Sequence record: DRR723986_3005 | Length of the DNA: 64,000 bases | Reading direction: 5' to 3' (one strand) | In this document: in pieces, positions 1 through 9,065 of the stretch | How the letters are laid out: the number at the start of each line of letters is the position of its first letter | Numbering within the stretch: the first letter of the stretch is position 1 | Notes under the pieces: model-generated | The model's database searches: none | The model's input: the letters and a program-made list of their open reading frames with translations, nothing else | What the model was told of the DNA's origin: nothing | Program-made: the position numbers and the translations under genes

Positions 1-1
1 C

Positions 2-784
2 CCTGCCGATACAGCACCGTTGTTCATGCCGTTTCGACCGCAAAACTCAGCATCCATGCTAGTGAACGACGAATCCATAACGTGGGATGAGCTTATGCAA
101 TACCGGCAGTCTACCCGCGCGATGCTCGCCGACCGTATTATGGACGACCTTGAGGCCGCGACAGCAGGCTCGGATGACCCCATGATTACTGAAGCAATGC
201 AAGTATTGGCAGCATGGGACAGACAAACCCTGCCCGAGAGCCGCGGTGCACTGCTGTTCCTTAACTGGGTGCAACAGGTTGGTATTGGTGCCATTTACCG
301 CGAAACCTTTTTCACAGAGAAATGGTCACCAGAAAAGCCGCTATCAACACCCGACGGCATTGCTGACCCTGCAGGCGCAGTTGCGGCCCTCGCCAGAGCA
401 GCTGCATCGGTTAAGCAAACATACGGCGCGCTCGACGCCCCCTGGGGCGAATTTGTGCGCACAAGATACGCTGGGCAAGACCACCCAGCAAGCGTTGGCC
501 CCGGCGTTATGGGTGCCTTCCGGGTTGCTTTCTTAAGCAGGCCTGATGCAGACGGCATTGTGCCGGTGATGGGCGGCAACAGCTTTGTTGCAGCGGTTGA
601 ATTCGGCGACAAAGTCCGAGCGCAGGGCATTCTCGGGCCGGGCAACACAACTGAATCGCGCACCAGCCATTACGGTAACCAATTGCCCCTGCATGCAGAA
701 GGCCAGTTCCGCGACATTCTGTTTTATCGTACAGATGTAGAGGCCGGTACAAAACGCCGCGAAACAGTAACCCTGCCTGAGTGA
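2..784 (+). CDS. Penicillin acylase family (Ntn-hydrolase) protein, C-terminal part; 5' end lies outside the window
   Basis: Frame is open from the window start. C-terminal motifs LAAWDR, PWGE and GGNSFVAAVEFG...GN...SHYGNQ are typical of glutaryl-7-ACA/AHL acylase beta chains. Confidence 0.8.
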   Translation, partial: PADTAPLFMPFRPQNSASMLVNDESITWDELMQYRQSTRAMLADRIMDDLEAATAGSDDPMITEAMQVLAAWDRQTLPESRGALLFLNWVQQVGIGAIYRETFFTEKWSPEKPLSTPDGIADPAGAVAALARAAASVKQTYGALDAPWGEFVRTRYAGQDHPASVGPGVMGAFRVAFLSRPDADGIVPVMGGNSFVAAVEFGDKVRAQGILGPGNTTESRTSHYGNQLPLHAEGQFRDILFYRTDVEAGTKRRETVTLPE

Positions 785-823
785 TCCGGTTAGCCTTCCG
801 CTTGAAAGCCAATTAGGGAGTTC

Positions 824-1663
824 TTGGTGAAGACAATTATGTATGTGGCGCTCTGCATTGCCTACTTTGGCGACAAAGGTGCTTCTGCAGCCGACAAATC
901 ATCTTCTCTGTGTGCAAACCAGATGAGTAAAACAGTTGATTTATTGGATAGAGGCCTTTTGGCCAAACCGTTTATTTTTGTTGGTGAAATTCATGGTAAC
1001 AATGAAACACCAGCCTTCACCGCCGCGCTTGTTTGCAGGCTCGTAAACAATGGGCTGCGGGTTTTGCTTGCAATAGAAGCCTCGGAGAACATCCAAATTC
1101 CTAGCAAAAACAATGCGGGCGAGCTTGTCTTTGAGAAAGATGATCTAGGGCTATCAGAAAGCTATTGGTTACCTGAAAAGAATTATGGGCGTACCAGCCA
1201 CGCCATGCTGAAGCTCATCGAAAACATAAGGCCTGTTGCACCAATTTCCTTTGTTGATGTGCCTTGGCCTTGGAGCCAACCTGTTGGTAACCGCGATGCT
1301 TGGATGGCGGAAAATGTAAAAGCACAATGGCAAACTGGAAAGTTTGATAAAATTATATTCCATGGAGGCAACCTCCACACACAGTTAGCCAACAGGCATG
1401 ACAAAAGCTTCCCCGCTATAGCAGACTATCTAAACCCCAATGAGCTTGTGTCGATCGCTGTTTTCTCGGCAGGCGGAAAATCGTGGCTTTGCCGTAATGG
1501 CCAAGGTTGCGGCCCCAAACCCACTGGTAACGGAGAACAGGTTACAAAAGTCAAAATTGAGGCAATATCTCCCAATAGCGACTTGCCTTATTCGATTGTG
1601 GTTAGGCTACCGAAATTCACACCGTCGTTTCCACTAGGCAAAGAGAACGCCCCCTCTCCTTAA
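824..1663 (+). CDS. Exported hypothetical protein, ChaN/EreA (TIKI superfamily)-like
   Basis: N-terminal signal-like segment; motifs FVGEIHG, LLAIE, RDAWMAEN and GNLH; GGAG RBS upstream. Confidence 0.55.
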   Translation: MVKTIMYVALCIAYFGDKGASAADKSSSLCANQMSKTVDLLDRGLLAKPFIFVGEIHGNNETPAFTAALVCRLVNNGLRVLLAIEASENIQIPSKNNAGELVFEKDDLGLSESYWLPEKNYGRTSHAMLKLIENIRPVAPISFVDVPWPWSQPVGNRDAWMAENVKAQWQTGKFDKIIFHGGNLHTQLANRHDKSFPAIADYLNPNELVSIAVFSAGGKSWLCRNGQGCGPKPTGNGEQVTKVKIEAISPNSDLPYSIVVRLPKFTPSFPLGKENAPSP

Positions 1664-2175
1664 TCCAAATATTTGTCTGGCAAAGGGTATTCTTCAGTTT
1701 CGCCCATCCAGAATACATTCATAATCCACCAGCGTTTGCCGTCATTCAGTAATTGAATGCTGTTGATACCTCGAGCGAAGGGGGTTTCATCTGCTAAAGT
1801 GCGCTTAGAATCGTAAGTGCTGAAAACATGAGTAATTACCCCATATTGTTCCGTTTTACGGCTCAATTCCCGTTCATGAAAACCATTTGCAACTAAAAAG
1901 GCACCAGACCGCTCAATATATTCATCCGGTGTAAGCACTGTAACGCCCACATTGCCGTTTGCCCCCTTACCGGAGGGGATTAAATGCGCACCGGGCTTGA
2001 ATAGATACCGGAACAGATCCCAATCACGTTCAACGCCTTTATCGCCCGAAATAACGCTATAAAGCGTGTGGATTGTTGAATCCAGTGTAGCGACCTTGTC
2101 GCTGTATTTTTCATCTGAAGCCTGTGCCTGAAAGCTTGCAAAAACAAACCCGATTACCAGTAAAATATGTTTCAT
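1660..2175 (-). CDS. Exported hypothetical protein, NTF2-like fold
   Basis: Signal peptide MKHILL...AQA; conserved-looking RDWDLFRYLF and RGINSIQL..DGKRWWI motifs. ORF track extends the start to 2193. Confidence 0.6.
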   Translation of the reverse strand: MKHILLVIGFVFASFQAQASDEKYSDKVATLDSTIHTLYSVISGDKGVERDWDLFRYLFKPGAHLIPSGKGANGNVGVTVLTPDEYIERSGAFLVANGFHERELSRKTEQYGVITHVFSTYDSKRTLADETPFARGINSIQLLNDGKRWWIMNVFWMGETEEYPLPDKYLD

Positions 2176-2425
2176 GACCATCCCCCTATTCATTGAAAAT
2201 TAACCATAAACCCAAAAGCGTGCTTTAACACACTAAACTATCGTTCACACGCTTTGAGCCCTTGCATCAGTGAGGACAGAATACACCCCATACCACGCCT
2301 AACATTTTTGACCTGTCAATTCTGACAGATTCGCTATACTGACAACAATACGTACAAAACGTGCGATGATTGGGAATGACAGCCTGATGACATGGTTCAT
2401 CAGCTTCATATAAGGGGGCCCAACA

Positions 2426-2905
2426 ATGGATATTCTATTATTCTGCTTATTTCTTGCTGCAACCTTTGCCGCTGGGGCAACGGGTGCGCTATTCCCTACT
2501 GGGTCTTGGTACAAAAATTTGAACAAGCCTTCATGGGTTCCCCCAGATTGGGTATTTCCAGTTGCCTGGACATCAATCTACTTACTCATTTCATTCGCAG
2601 GTGCGCGGGTGGCTGGGTTGGAGGGCAGCGGGCTTGCAGTAGCTTTCTGGGCCATACAGATTGCGCTCAACACACTATGGACCCCTGTATTCTTTGGCCT
2701 GCGAAATTTGCGCGCGTCCATTCCTGTCATCGCCTGCTTATGGTGCGCGGTTCTAGGGGCAACAATCACTCATTGGCAGTTAGATATGCTAGCTGGGCTA
2801 GCGTTCCTACCTTATCTGGTTTGGGCAACTATAGCGGCGGTGTTAAACTTGGCCATGCTACGTCTAAACCCGAACGAAGAACCATTGGATATGGCAAATT
2901 TATAG
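2426..2905 (+). CDS. tspO: TspO/MBR tryptophan-rich sensory protein
   Basis: WY..LNKPSWVPPDWVFPVAWT, LN.LWTPVFFG and LPYLVW motifs; five hydrophobic segments. Confidence 0.92.
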   Translation: MDILLFCLFLAATFAAGATGALFPTGSWYKNLNKPSWVPPDWVFPVAWTSIYLLISFAGARVAGLEGSGLAVAFWAIQIALNTLWTPVFFGLRNLRASIPVIACLWCAVLGATITHWQLDMLAGLAFLPYLVWATIAAVLNLAMLRLNPNEEPLDMANL

Positions 2906-3069
2906 GTGTTAGGCAGTTGCTAAGCTTCTCGCCAACACACCTTTTACTACTCCGGTGTTTGTTTAAAACGCACATGGCACAATCAAACAATTACCTGGCA
3001 AGCGACACCCCGGGCTAATTTTACAATCCGAACACCCAAAAAATCAGTATAAATATTTTGGAGGTTCGC

Positions 3070-3276
3070 ATGGATACCATTGACATAAGTGAAGCAATTG
3101 AACTGGCTTGGGATGATCAGGCATCTTTTGATGCCATTGAAAAACAAACGGGTCTATCTGAGGCGCAAATCATAAAAATTATGCGGTCAAACCTGAAACC
3201 GGGTAGCTTCAAGCTTTGGCGCAAACGCGTTTCGGGGCGTAAAAGCAAGCATCAAAAGTTACATTTACAGGGCTGA
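3070..3276 (+). CDS. TIGR03643 / DUF2805 family small protein
   Basis: IELAWDD..SFDAI...GL.E..II.IMR.NLKP.SFKLWRKRV.GR motif; GGAGG RBS before ATG 3070. Confidence 0.85.
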   Translation: MDTIDISEAIELAWDDQASFDAIEKQTGLSEAQIIKIMRSNLKPGSFKLWRKRVSGRKSKHQKLHLQG

Positions 3277-3297
3277 AAATAAAGCCAACCCAAAACA

Positions 3298-3331
3298 TAA
3301 AGCCCCGCGATCACATGATCGCAGGGCTTTA
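3298..3331. terminator. Probable bidirectional intrinsic terminator between DUF2805 and tRNA-Met
   Basis: Inverted repeat TAAAGCCC-CGCGATCA/TGATCGCA-GGGCTTTA with A/T flanks between convergent genes. Confidence 0.7.
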
Positions 3332-3335
3332 AAAT

Positions 3336-3412
3336 TGGTAGCCGAGGAGGGATTTGAACCCCCGGCACATGGATTATGATTCCACTGCTCTAACCAACTG
3401 AGCTACTCGGCC
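3336..3412 (-). tRNA. tRNA-Met (anticodon CAT), probably elongator
   Basis: Reverse complement GGCCGAGTAGCTCAGTTGGTTAGAGCAGTGGAATCATAATCCATGTGCCGGGGGTTCAAATCCCTCCTCGGCTACCA: cloverleaf, TTC loop, encoded CCA. It lacks the initiator C1:A72 mismatch and the three G-C anticodon-stem pairs. Confidence 0.93.
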
Positions 3413-3526
3413 TCAAAATGTCAATATATGCATGCATGAAATGGCAACTATATCGAACATGCTTCCAACGCGTTTACGACTTCTTTAAAAACTCAAAACC
3501 AGCGCACAGCCGCCAAAAGCTGGGCC

Positions 3527-3556
3527 GGTATATAAGAGCCCCGCTTCGCCGTCAAG
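3527..3556 (-). promoter_or_regulatory. Putative sigma70 promoter for tRNA-Met
   Basis: Minus strand reads CTTGACG-N17-TATACC, about 115 nt upstream of the tRNA. Confidence 0.55.
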
Positions 3557-3769
3557 CCGCTTTTTCATAGCCTCGTACCCCTAAATTCGCAGCTGTTGCA
3601 ACGGCAGTCATGATAAAACTTGACGATGACTGCTTGCAGGCTCACATTTACAACACTAGCTGGCGTATTTAGCGCCCAATAAGAAAAGAGCACAGGCTGG
3701 CGCAGGTGCTTAATAAAATATTCACGCACACATATTCGCTGAAAATCAGCGAGCTTTAGAGAGGGTCAT

Positions 3770-6700
3770 ATGAACAAGACATTATTGAAACTGGCGATGT
3801 CCGCCAGCTTAACCGCAATTGCCTTTACGACAGGCGCGTCAGCGGAAACCAGGCTGATGAAACAAGGCGCGATCTCTGAAGATCATATTGCTTTTGTATA
3901 CGGCGGCGACATTTGGATAGCAGACCGTGACGGCGACAATCCGCGCCAACTCACCACCCGGCGCGCACCGGAAATGATGCCGCAATTTTCGCCGGACGGA
4001 AAAACAATTGCCTTCTCTGCCACCTATGACGGCAACACAGATGTTTACACCATTCCCGTAACGGGCGGCCAACCCACACGCCTGACATGGCATCCCGGTG
4101 CCGATATTGTTGAAGGCTTCACGCCAAGCGGTGAGAATATTTTATTCACGTCCCGCCGGGAAATGACCAGCGGGCGCAGTGCGCAGGCTTGGCATGTAAA
4201 TATAAATGGTGGCTTCCCCACCAAAATTATGGATGCGGTTATGCAAAGCGGTGTTTGGGACACGGCAGGCGAACGTATCGCATACCAGCCCTATAACACC
4301 GCCCACCGCGGTGCCAGCGCATGGCGTAATCACAGGGGTGGTTCAACCCCGCCAATCTGGATTTTGACCCCTAGTAACGGCGAGTGGGAAGAAGTGCCGC
4401 ATGAACGCGCTTCTGATACCAACCCCATGTGGGTCGGCGATGATGTCTATTTCCTCTCTGACCGCAGCGGCATGAAAAACGTCTGGAAATATGACACCAG
4501 CAGCAAATCTGTCTCCATGGTGACTGACCAGAAAGATTGGGACATTTCCTGGGCTCGCCCCCACGGCACCGACATTTTGGTGACCACAACAGCGGGCGAT
4601 ATGATGGTGGTTGATACCCGGCGTGGCCGCACCCGTGCCGTCGATGTAACCGTTGCCACTGACCTACCGGAAGCTCGGCCCCAGTGGAAAGATGCCATGC
4701 TCAACCTGACAGGCGCAGGCCTGTCACCAACCGGCAAGCGTGCCGTTGTTACTGCGCGCGGTGATGTTTACACAGTGCCGCTGAAGGACGGCAGCACCCG
4801 CAATCTCACCCGAAGCTCTGGCATCAATGAAACATCAGGCCTGTGGTCACCCAAAGGCGGCGAAATCGCATATATCAGCGATGAAGGCGGTGCTTTAACA
4901 CTTAAAATCGCTGATCAAAACGGTGCCGTTAAGCGCAGCTTTGCTTTAGGCGAAGACGACTATTCCTTAGTTGACTGGTCTGGAAACGGCGAGAAAATTT
5001 TGTATGCAGACAACCACTTGGGTGTTTGGTCAATGGATGCAGCAACCGGTGATCGCAGCAAAATATATACCGACAACCGCCGATCAGGCGTGAACATCAG
5101 CCTGTCCTCTGACGGCAAATGGCTTGCTTATACAAAGTCACGTAGGAACTATTTCAACGATATATTCCTGTATAGCTTTGACGACGAAAGCCACACGCAA
5201 ATTACAGACGGCATGAGCCATGCTGTATCTCCGGCCTTCAGCCCGGATGGCAACTATCTGTATTTTGCCGCTTCAACCAATGCGGGCCCAACATCTGTTG
5301 GCCTTGATATGTCAACCCAGGAACGGCCCATTCGCTTTGGCCTGTATGCTGCAGTATTGGCAGCAGATGGCAAATCACCGCTTTTACCAAAGTCCGATGA
5401 TGAAGAAGAAAAATCAGCGGACGAAGGTGACGACAAAGAAGGCGATGAGGCCAAAAAGGACGACACCGCGATCACGGTTGACCTTGCGGGCCTAACAGAC
5501 CGCATTGTTGCCCTGCCGGTGGCAGAACGCTCCTATAGTTCCCTGCAAGTTGCGGGAGACGGCGCTTTGTTCTTCCTGGAAACAGACCAGCCCGGCGGTA
5601 CCATTGAGCCAAACGGTCGAGGTCGCCAATCAACAGCCTTGATGCGCTTTGACTTCACGGACAAAAAAGCCGCTAAAGCAATGGACATGGTTCAGGCTTA
5701 CAGTATATCCGCAGACGGCAAGCATATGATTGTTAACACACGGTCAAACGGCTTGATGACGGCCAAGGCAGTGAAAGACATAAACGCTGAAAAGTTAAAC
5801 ACAAGCGATGTGAAGGCCTTCATCAACCCCAAAGAAGAATGGGCGCAAATTTTTGATGAAACTTGGCGGTTTGAAAAACAGTATTTCTATGATGCCAATA
5901 TGCACGGACTTGATTGGGACGGTATTTACAAAAAATACCAACCACTGGTGCAGCATGTAGCCACCCGCGCTGACCTTACCCGCCTGCTCATCGACATGAT
6001 TTCCGAGATGCAAGTGGGCCACAACAGAACTGGCGGCGGAGACTTGTACCGCGACACGCCAGTGCAAATTGGCCTACTCGGCGCAAATCTTAGAGTTGTA
6101 GACGGCAAGTACCAGATTGCCCGCATCTTTAGCGGTGAAAATTGGAATCCGTTTGTTAACGCACCACTGGCAGCCCCCGGCATCGGCGTTAGCGAGGGCG
6201 ATTTCATTCATTCCGTGAATGGTGCACCTGTTTCCGGCGCAGAAAACATTTATGCCCACTTCATTCAAACGGTCGGCAAACAGGTAACCTTGGGCGTTAG
6301 CAGCGACGGTAATGCAGCAAACGCCCGTGACGTGGTGGTAGAACCCATCGCCAACGAGCGGCAACTGCGCCACTGGGCTTGGGTGGAAGGCAACCGCAAG
6401 AAGGTTGAAGAAGCCACTGACGGTAAAGTTGGCTATGTATACTTGCCAAACACTGGCGGGGGCGGTTTCACCTACTTCAACCGCATGTTCTTCGCCCAAA
6501 GCGACAAACCAGCCATGATTATCGATGAACGCCAAAACGGTGGCGGTCAAGCCGCCAACTATATTACTGACATTCTTTCGCGTCAGTATTTGTCAGGCTG
6601 GCAAGACCGTGACGGCATGACATTTGATACGCCGGGCGGTGCTGTGTTTGGCCCTAAGGTTATGCTGATTGACCAAGACGCAGGCTCGGGCGGTGACTTC

Positions 6701-7033
6701 CTGCCCTATAGCTTTAGGCGCATGGGGCTTGGCAAGCTGATCGGTAAACGCACTTGGGGCGGCCTCATTGGCATTGCCACCAATCCGCGGCTTATTGATG
6801 GCGGTTTCCTAACCGTGCCGTTCTTCCGTTTCTATACGCCCGAGGGCAAGTGGGAAGTGGAAAACATGGGTGTTGGCCCTGACATTGACGTAACGCTGGA
6901 CCCTGCAAAAGTGAATGCGGGCGAAGACACCCAGCTTCAACGCGCAATTTCAGAAGTATTGAAGGAGCTGGAAACCTATACCCCAGTGAAACGCAATACC
7001 CCCCCTGCAGCACCAACTGAGGTGGGTGGCTAA
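3770..7033 (+). CDS. Tricorn protease homolog (peptidase S41 with beta-propellers and PDZ), exported
   Basis: Signal peptide, PD40-type repeats (P.FSPDG), GYVYLPNT, IIDERQNGGG, catalytic AGSGGD and GKRTWGG; 1087 aa. Confidence 0.92.
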   Translation: MNKTLLKLAMSASLTAIAFTTGASAETRLMKQGAISEDHIAFVYGGDIWIADRDGDNPRQLTTRRAPEMMPQFSPDGKTIAFSATYDGNTDVYTIPVTGGQPTRLTWHPGADIVEGFTPSGENILFTSRREMTSGRSAQAWHVNINGGFPTKIMDAVMQSGVWDTAGERIAYQPYNTAHRGASAWRNHRGGSTPPIWILTPSNGEWEEVPHERASDTNPMWVGDDVYFLSDRSGMKNVWKYDTSSKSVSMVTDQKDWDISWARPHGTDILVTTTAGDMMVVDTRRGRTRAVDVTVATDLPEARPQWKDAMLNLTGAGLSPTGKRAVVTARGDVYTVPLKDGSTRNLTRSSGINETSGLWSPKGGEIAYISDEGGALTLKIADQNGAVKRSFALGEDDYSLVDWSGNGEKILYADNHLGVWSMDAATGDRSKIYTDNRRSGVNISLSSDGKWLAYTKSRRNYFNDIFLYSFDDESHTQITDGMSHAVSPAFSPDGNYLYFAASTNAGPTSVGLDMSTQERPIRFGLYAAVLAADGKSPLLPKSDDEEEKSADEGDDKEGDEAKKDDTAITVDLAGLTDRIVALPVAERSYSSLQVAGDGALFFLETDQPGGTIEPNGRGRQSTALMRFDFTDKKAAKAMDMVQAYSISADGKHMIVNTRSNGLMTAKAVKDINAEKLNTSDVKAFINPKEEWAQIFDETWRFEKQYFYDANMHGLDWDGIYKKYQPLVQHVATRADLTRLLIDMISEMQVGHNRTGGGDLYRDTPVQIGLLGANLRVVDGKYQIARIFSGENWNPFVNAPLAAPGIGVSEGDFIHSVNGAPVSGAENIYAHFIQTVGKQVTLGVSSDGNAANARDVVVEPIANERQLRHWAWVEGNRKKVEEATDGKVGYVYLPNTGGGGFTYFNRMFFAQSDKPAMIIDERQNGGGQAANYITDILSRQYLSGWQDRDGMTFDTPGGAVFGPKVMLIDQDAGSGGDFLPYSFRRMGLGKLIGKRTWGGLIGIATNPRLIDGGFLTVPFFRFYTPEGKWEVENMGVGPDIDVTLDPAKVNAGEDTQLQRAISEVLKELETYTPVKRNTPPAAPTEVGG

Positions 7034-7063
7034 GCGATTAACGGTTTAGGCTATAAGAACGTC

Positions 7064-7092
7064 AAAAGCCCCGGTCCGCCGGGGCTTTTTTT
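7064..7092. terminator. Bidirectional intrinsic terminator
   Basis: AAAAGCCCCGG-TCCG-CCGGGGCTTTTTTT between the convergent tricorn and TetR genes. Confidence 0.85.
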
Positions 7093-7105
7093 ATTCTCCA
7101 AGAGG

Positions 7106-7699
7106 TTAATCCCGCTTACCGTAAGCAAGCACTACATCAATGGTATGGTCGGTGAAGCGGGCCAGTTTTTCTTCAGGTTCGCCGTCAATCTTCATGACCG
7201 AAAGCGCTTCGCTGGCAGAAAGTAATATCCGGGCATCATCCCGGTTCTCGCGGCTGATGTTATCCTCAGACGCCCACAAAATCTCGCTTAACTTGCTAAG
7301 CACCTGGTCCTCGAATGCGCGGTACTTGCGGCGCATGTCAGGGTCGAACCTTGCGGCCCAGCCGGAACGCACCACAACGTAATTGAGGTGACTATCAACC
7401 ACGGCCAGTGACAACGCCGCAAGAAGCCGAAGAGCGGCTGGCGCATCGGCTTTCTCTACCGTCATGTCATCAAAAAGCGCCAGAAAGAACCGCGAAATTT
7501 CCTCGGTCACGGCGTCCAACAATGCCTCACGCGTCGGGAAATAAACAAAAGTAGCAGCAGTTGAAACCCCTACCCTGCGCGCGATGTCCGCGTGCTTCGC
7601 TTCGCCGAAACCTTTTTCTGCGAACAAATCTATCGCCGCGGTCAGCAATTGCTTGCGGCGATCTTCGGGGCTGAGTCGGGTCCGGGCTGCGCGTGCCAT
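7106..7699 (-). CDS. TetR family regulator resembling Vibrio LuxR/HapR/SmcR
   Basis: N-terminal HTH RTRLSPEDRRKQLL...FAEKG.G...HADIA..GVS.A.TF.YFPTRE.L. Confidence 0.88.
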   Translation of the reverse strand: MARAARTRLSPEDRRKQLLTAAIDLFAEKGFGEAKHADIARRVGVSTAATFVYFPTREALLDAVTEEISRFFLALFDDMTVEKADAPAALRLLAALSLAVVDSHLNYVVVRSGWAARFDPDMRRKYRAFEDQVLSKLSEILWASEDNISRENRDDARILLSASEALSVMKIDGEPEEKLARFTDHTIDVVLAYGKRD

Positions 7700-7764
7700 G
7701 AAAAATTCCTGATTATTCTCTTTTTAAGTAGCCGGAAAACTGACCATTTTTCAAGGGATTAATC

Positions 7765-7790
7765 CTTTATTGATAATATTGTCAATAAAG
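7765..7790. promoter_or_regulatory. 26-bp palindromic operator between tetR and alkB
   Basis: CTTTATTGATAATATTGTCAATAAAG has one mismatched pair and is followed directly by TTGACA (7792-7797)-N16-TATTCT (7814-7819). Confidence 0.75.
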
Positions 7791-7866
7791 CTTGACAATG
7801 ACCTCTGACATCATATTCTTAATGTAATAGTAAATTTGCCTGCCCTTTTTACGAGAGAGACCACCA

Positions 7867-9045
7867 ATGACGGATACAACTGCCCCCTATAAAGACAGTA
7901 AAAAATACCTATGGCCACTGGCCTCGGTTCTTGGGGTTCTTCCTGTTATCAGCGTGTTTTGGTATATGGAAACCTTGCATCCATTAACGCTGTGGTTAAC
8001 GCCGCTGTTCTTTTACGGGCTTGTTCCTATTATTGAAATTTTGGGCGGCGAAGATGAAAACAACCCGCCACGCGAAGCGATCCCTGGCCTGAGAGATGAC
8101 CCCTTTTATCGCTGGTCTGCCTATATGGGCTTGCCGCTTGTATACCTCAGTTGGGTGGTTGGTGCATGGTTCATTGCAACGCAGCCTTTTAGCTGGAATG
8201 GCTACATCGCCATGACGGTGGCCGCTGGCTTAAACGGCGCAGGCTCGCTCAATGCTGGCCACGAAATTGGCCACCGGCGCGATAAGGTGTCAATTAATGT
8301 TGCGCGTTTCCTCTTGTGCCTGTGCGGCATGGGACATTTCCGCATTGAGCATAACATGGGCCATCACGTTCAGGTTGCCACGCCGGAAGACAGCGCAACC
8401 GCGATGATGGGCGAGAACTTCTACCAATTTGTGTTGCACGAGCTGCCTGGCGGCTATGTAAGAGCATGGGCGATTGAAAAGGCGCGGCTGGCACGTGCAG
8501 GCAAGTCTGCCTTCTCTCTGCGCAATGAAGTGCTGTTAAACACCCTGATTACCATTGCCATGTATACGGCCATGCTCATAGCATTCGGCTTGATTGTGCT
8601 GCCCTACTTGCTGATTGCAGCCCTGCTGTCAAACCTGATGCTGTCTAGCGCCAACTATATTGAGCATTACGGCCTGATGCGCGGCAAGCGCGATGACGGC
8701 AAGTATGAGCGGGTACAGCCGCATCACAGCTGGAACGCCAATCATGTTGTCTCAAATGTGATGCTATTTCACCTGCAGCGCCATTCAGACCACCATGCCC
8801 ACGCAGAACGGCCTTACCAGTGCTTGCGGCATTTTGATACATCACCTCAGTTGCCCGCGGGGTATTTCACCATGTATCTAGCTGCATGGATACCGCCGGT
8901 TTGGTTCAAGGTAATGGACCCACTAGTGGCAGAGCAAATGGGCGGCGATATGACGAAAGCCTATATTATGCCATCAAAGCGCGAGGCGATTATGCGCAAA
9001 TGGCACAAGGCAACACCCGACATTAGTGCAGTTGCCGCTGAGTAA
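7867..9045 (+). CDS. alkB: Alkane 1-monooxygenase (membrane di-iron hydroxylase)
   Basis: His boxes HEIGH, EHNMGHH, NYIEHYG and LQRHSDHHA; N-terminal D.KKYLW and GED.NNPP. Confidence 0.93.
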   Translation: MTDTTAPYKDSKKYLWPLASVLGVLPVISVFWYMETLHPLTLWLTPLFFYGLVPIIEILGGEDENNPPREAIPGLRDDPFYRWSAYMGLPLVYLSWVVGAWFIATQPFSWNGYIAMTVAAGLNGAGSLNAGHEIGHRRDKVSINVARFLLCLCGMGHFRIEHNMGHHVQVATPEDSATAMMGENFYQFVLHELPGGYVRAWAIEKARLARAGKSAFSLRNEVLLNTLITIAMYTAMLIAFGLIVLPYLLIAALLSNLMLSSANYIEHYGLMRGKRDDGKYERVQPHHSWNANHVVSNVMLFHLQRHSDHHAHAERPYQCLRHFDTSPQLPAGYFTMYLAAWIPPVWFKVMDPLVAEQMGGDMTKAYIMPSKREAIMRKWHKATPDISAVAAE

Positions 9046-9065
9046 ACGAAACCTCCCAAAAACAT

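Noticed and set aside
2392-3018. 208-aa alternative-frame ORF over tspO, and other antisense or shadow ORFs such as 11789-12349, 23756-24463, 28356-29120 and 45227-45889
   Set aside because: They overlap well-supported genes and show no recognisable motifs.
1-3412. Genomic island integrated at the tRNA-Met 3' end
   Set aside because: No integrase or transposase and no duplicated tRNA 3' fragment was seen in the window; the neighbours look like ordinary accessory genes.
3735-3752. TCGCTGA...TCAGCGA inverted repeat present upstream of both tricorn and ctrA (about 33064-33094)
   Set aside because: Spacing is very different (3 versus about 17 nt) and the genes are unrelated; probably coincidental UTR hairpins.
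2-7699. Quorum-sensing/quenching system combining the acylase and the LuxR-like TetR
   Set aside because: The genes are over 6 kb apart with unrelated genes between them, acylase specificity is unknown, Vibrio harveyi-type LuxR does not bind AHLs, and no synthase is present.
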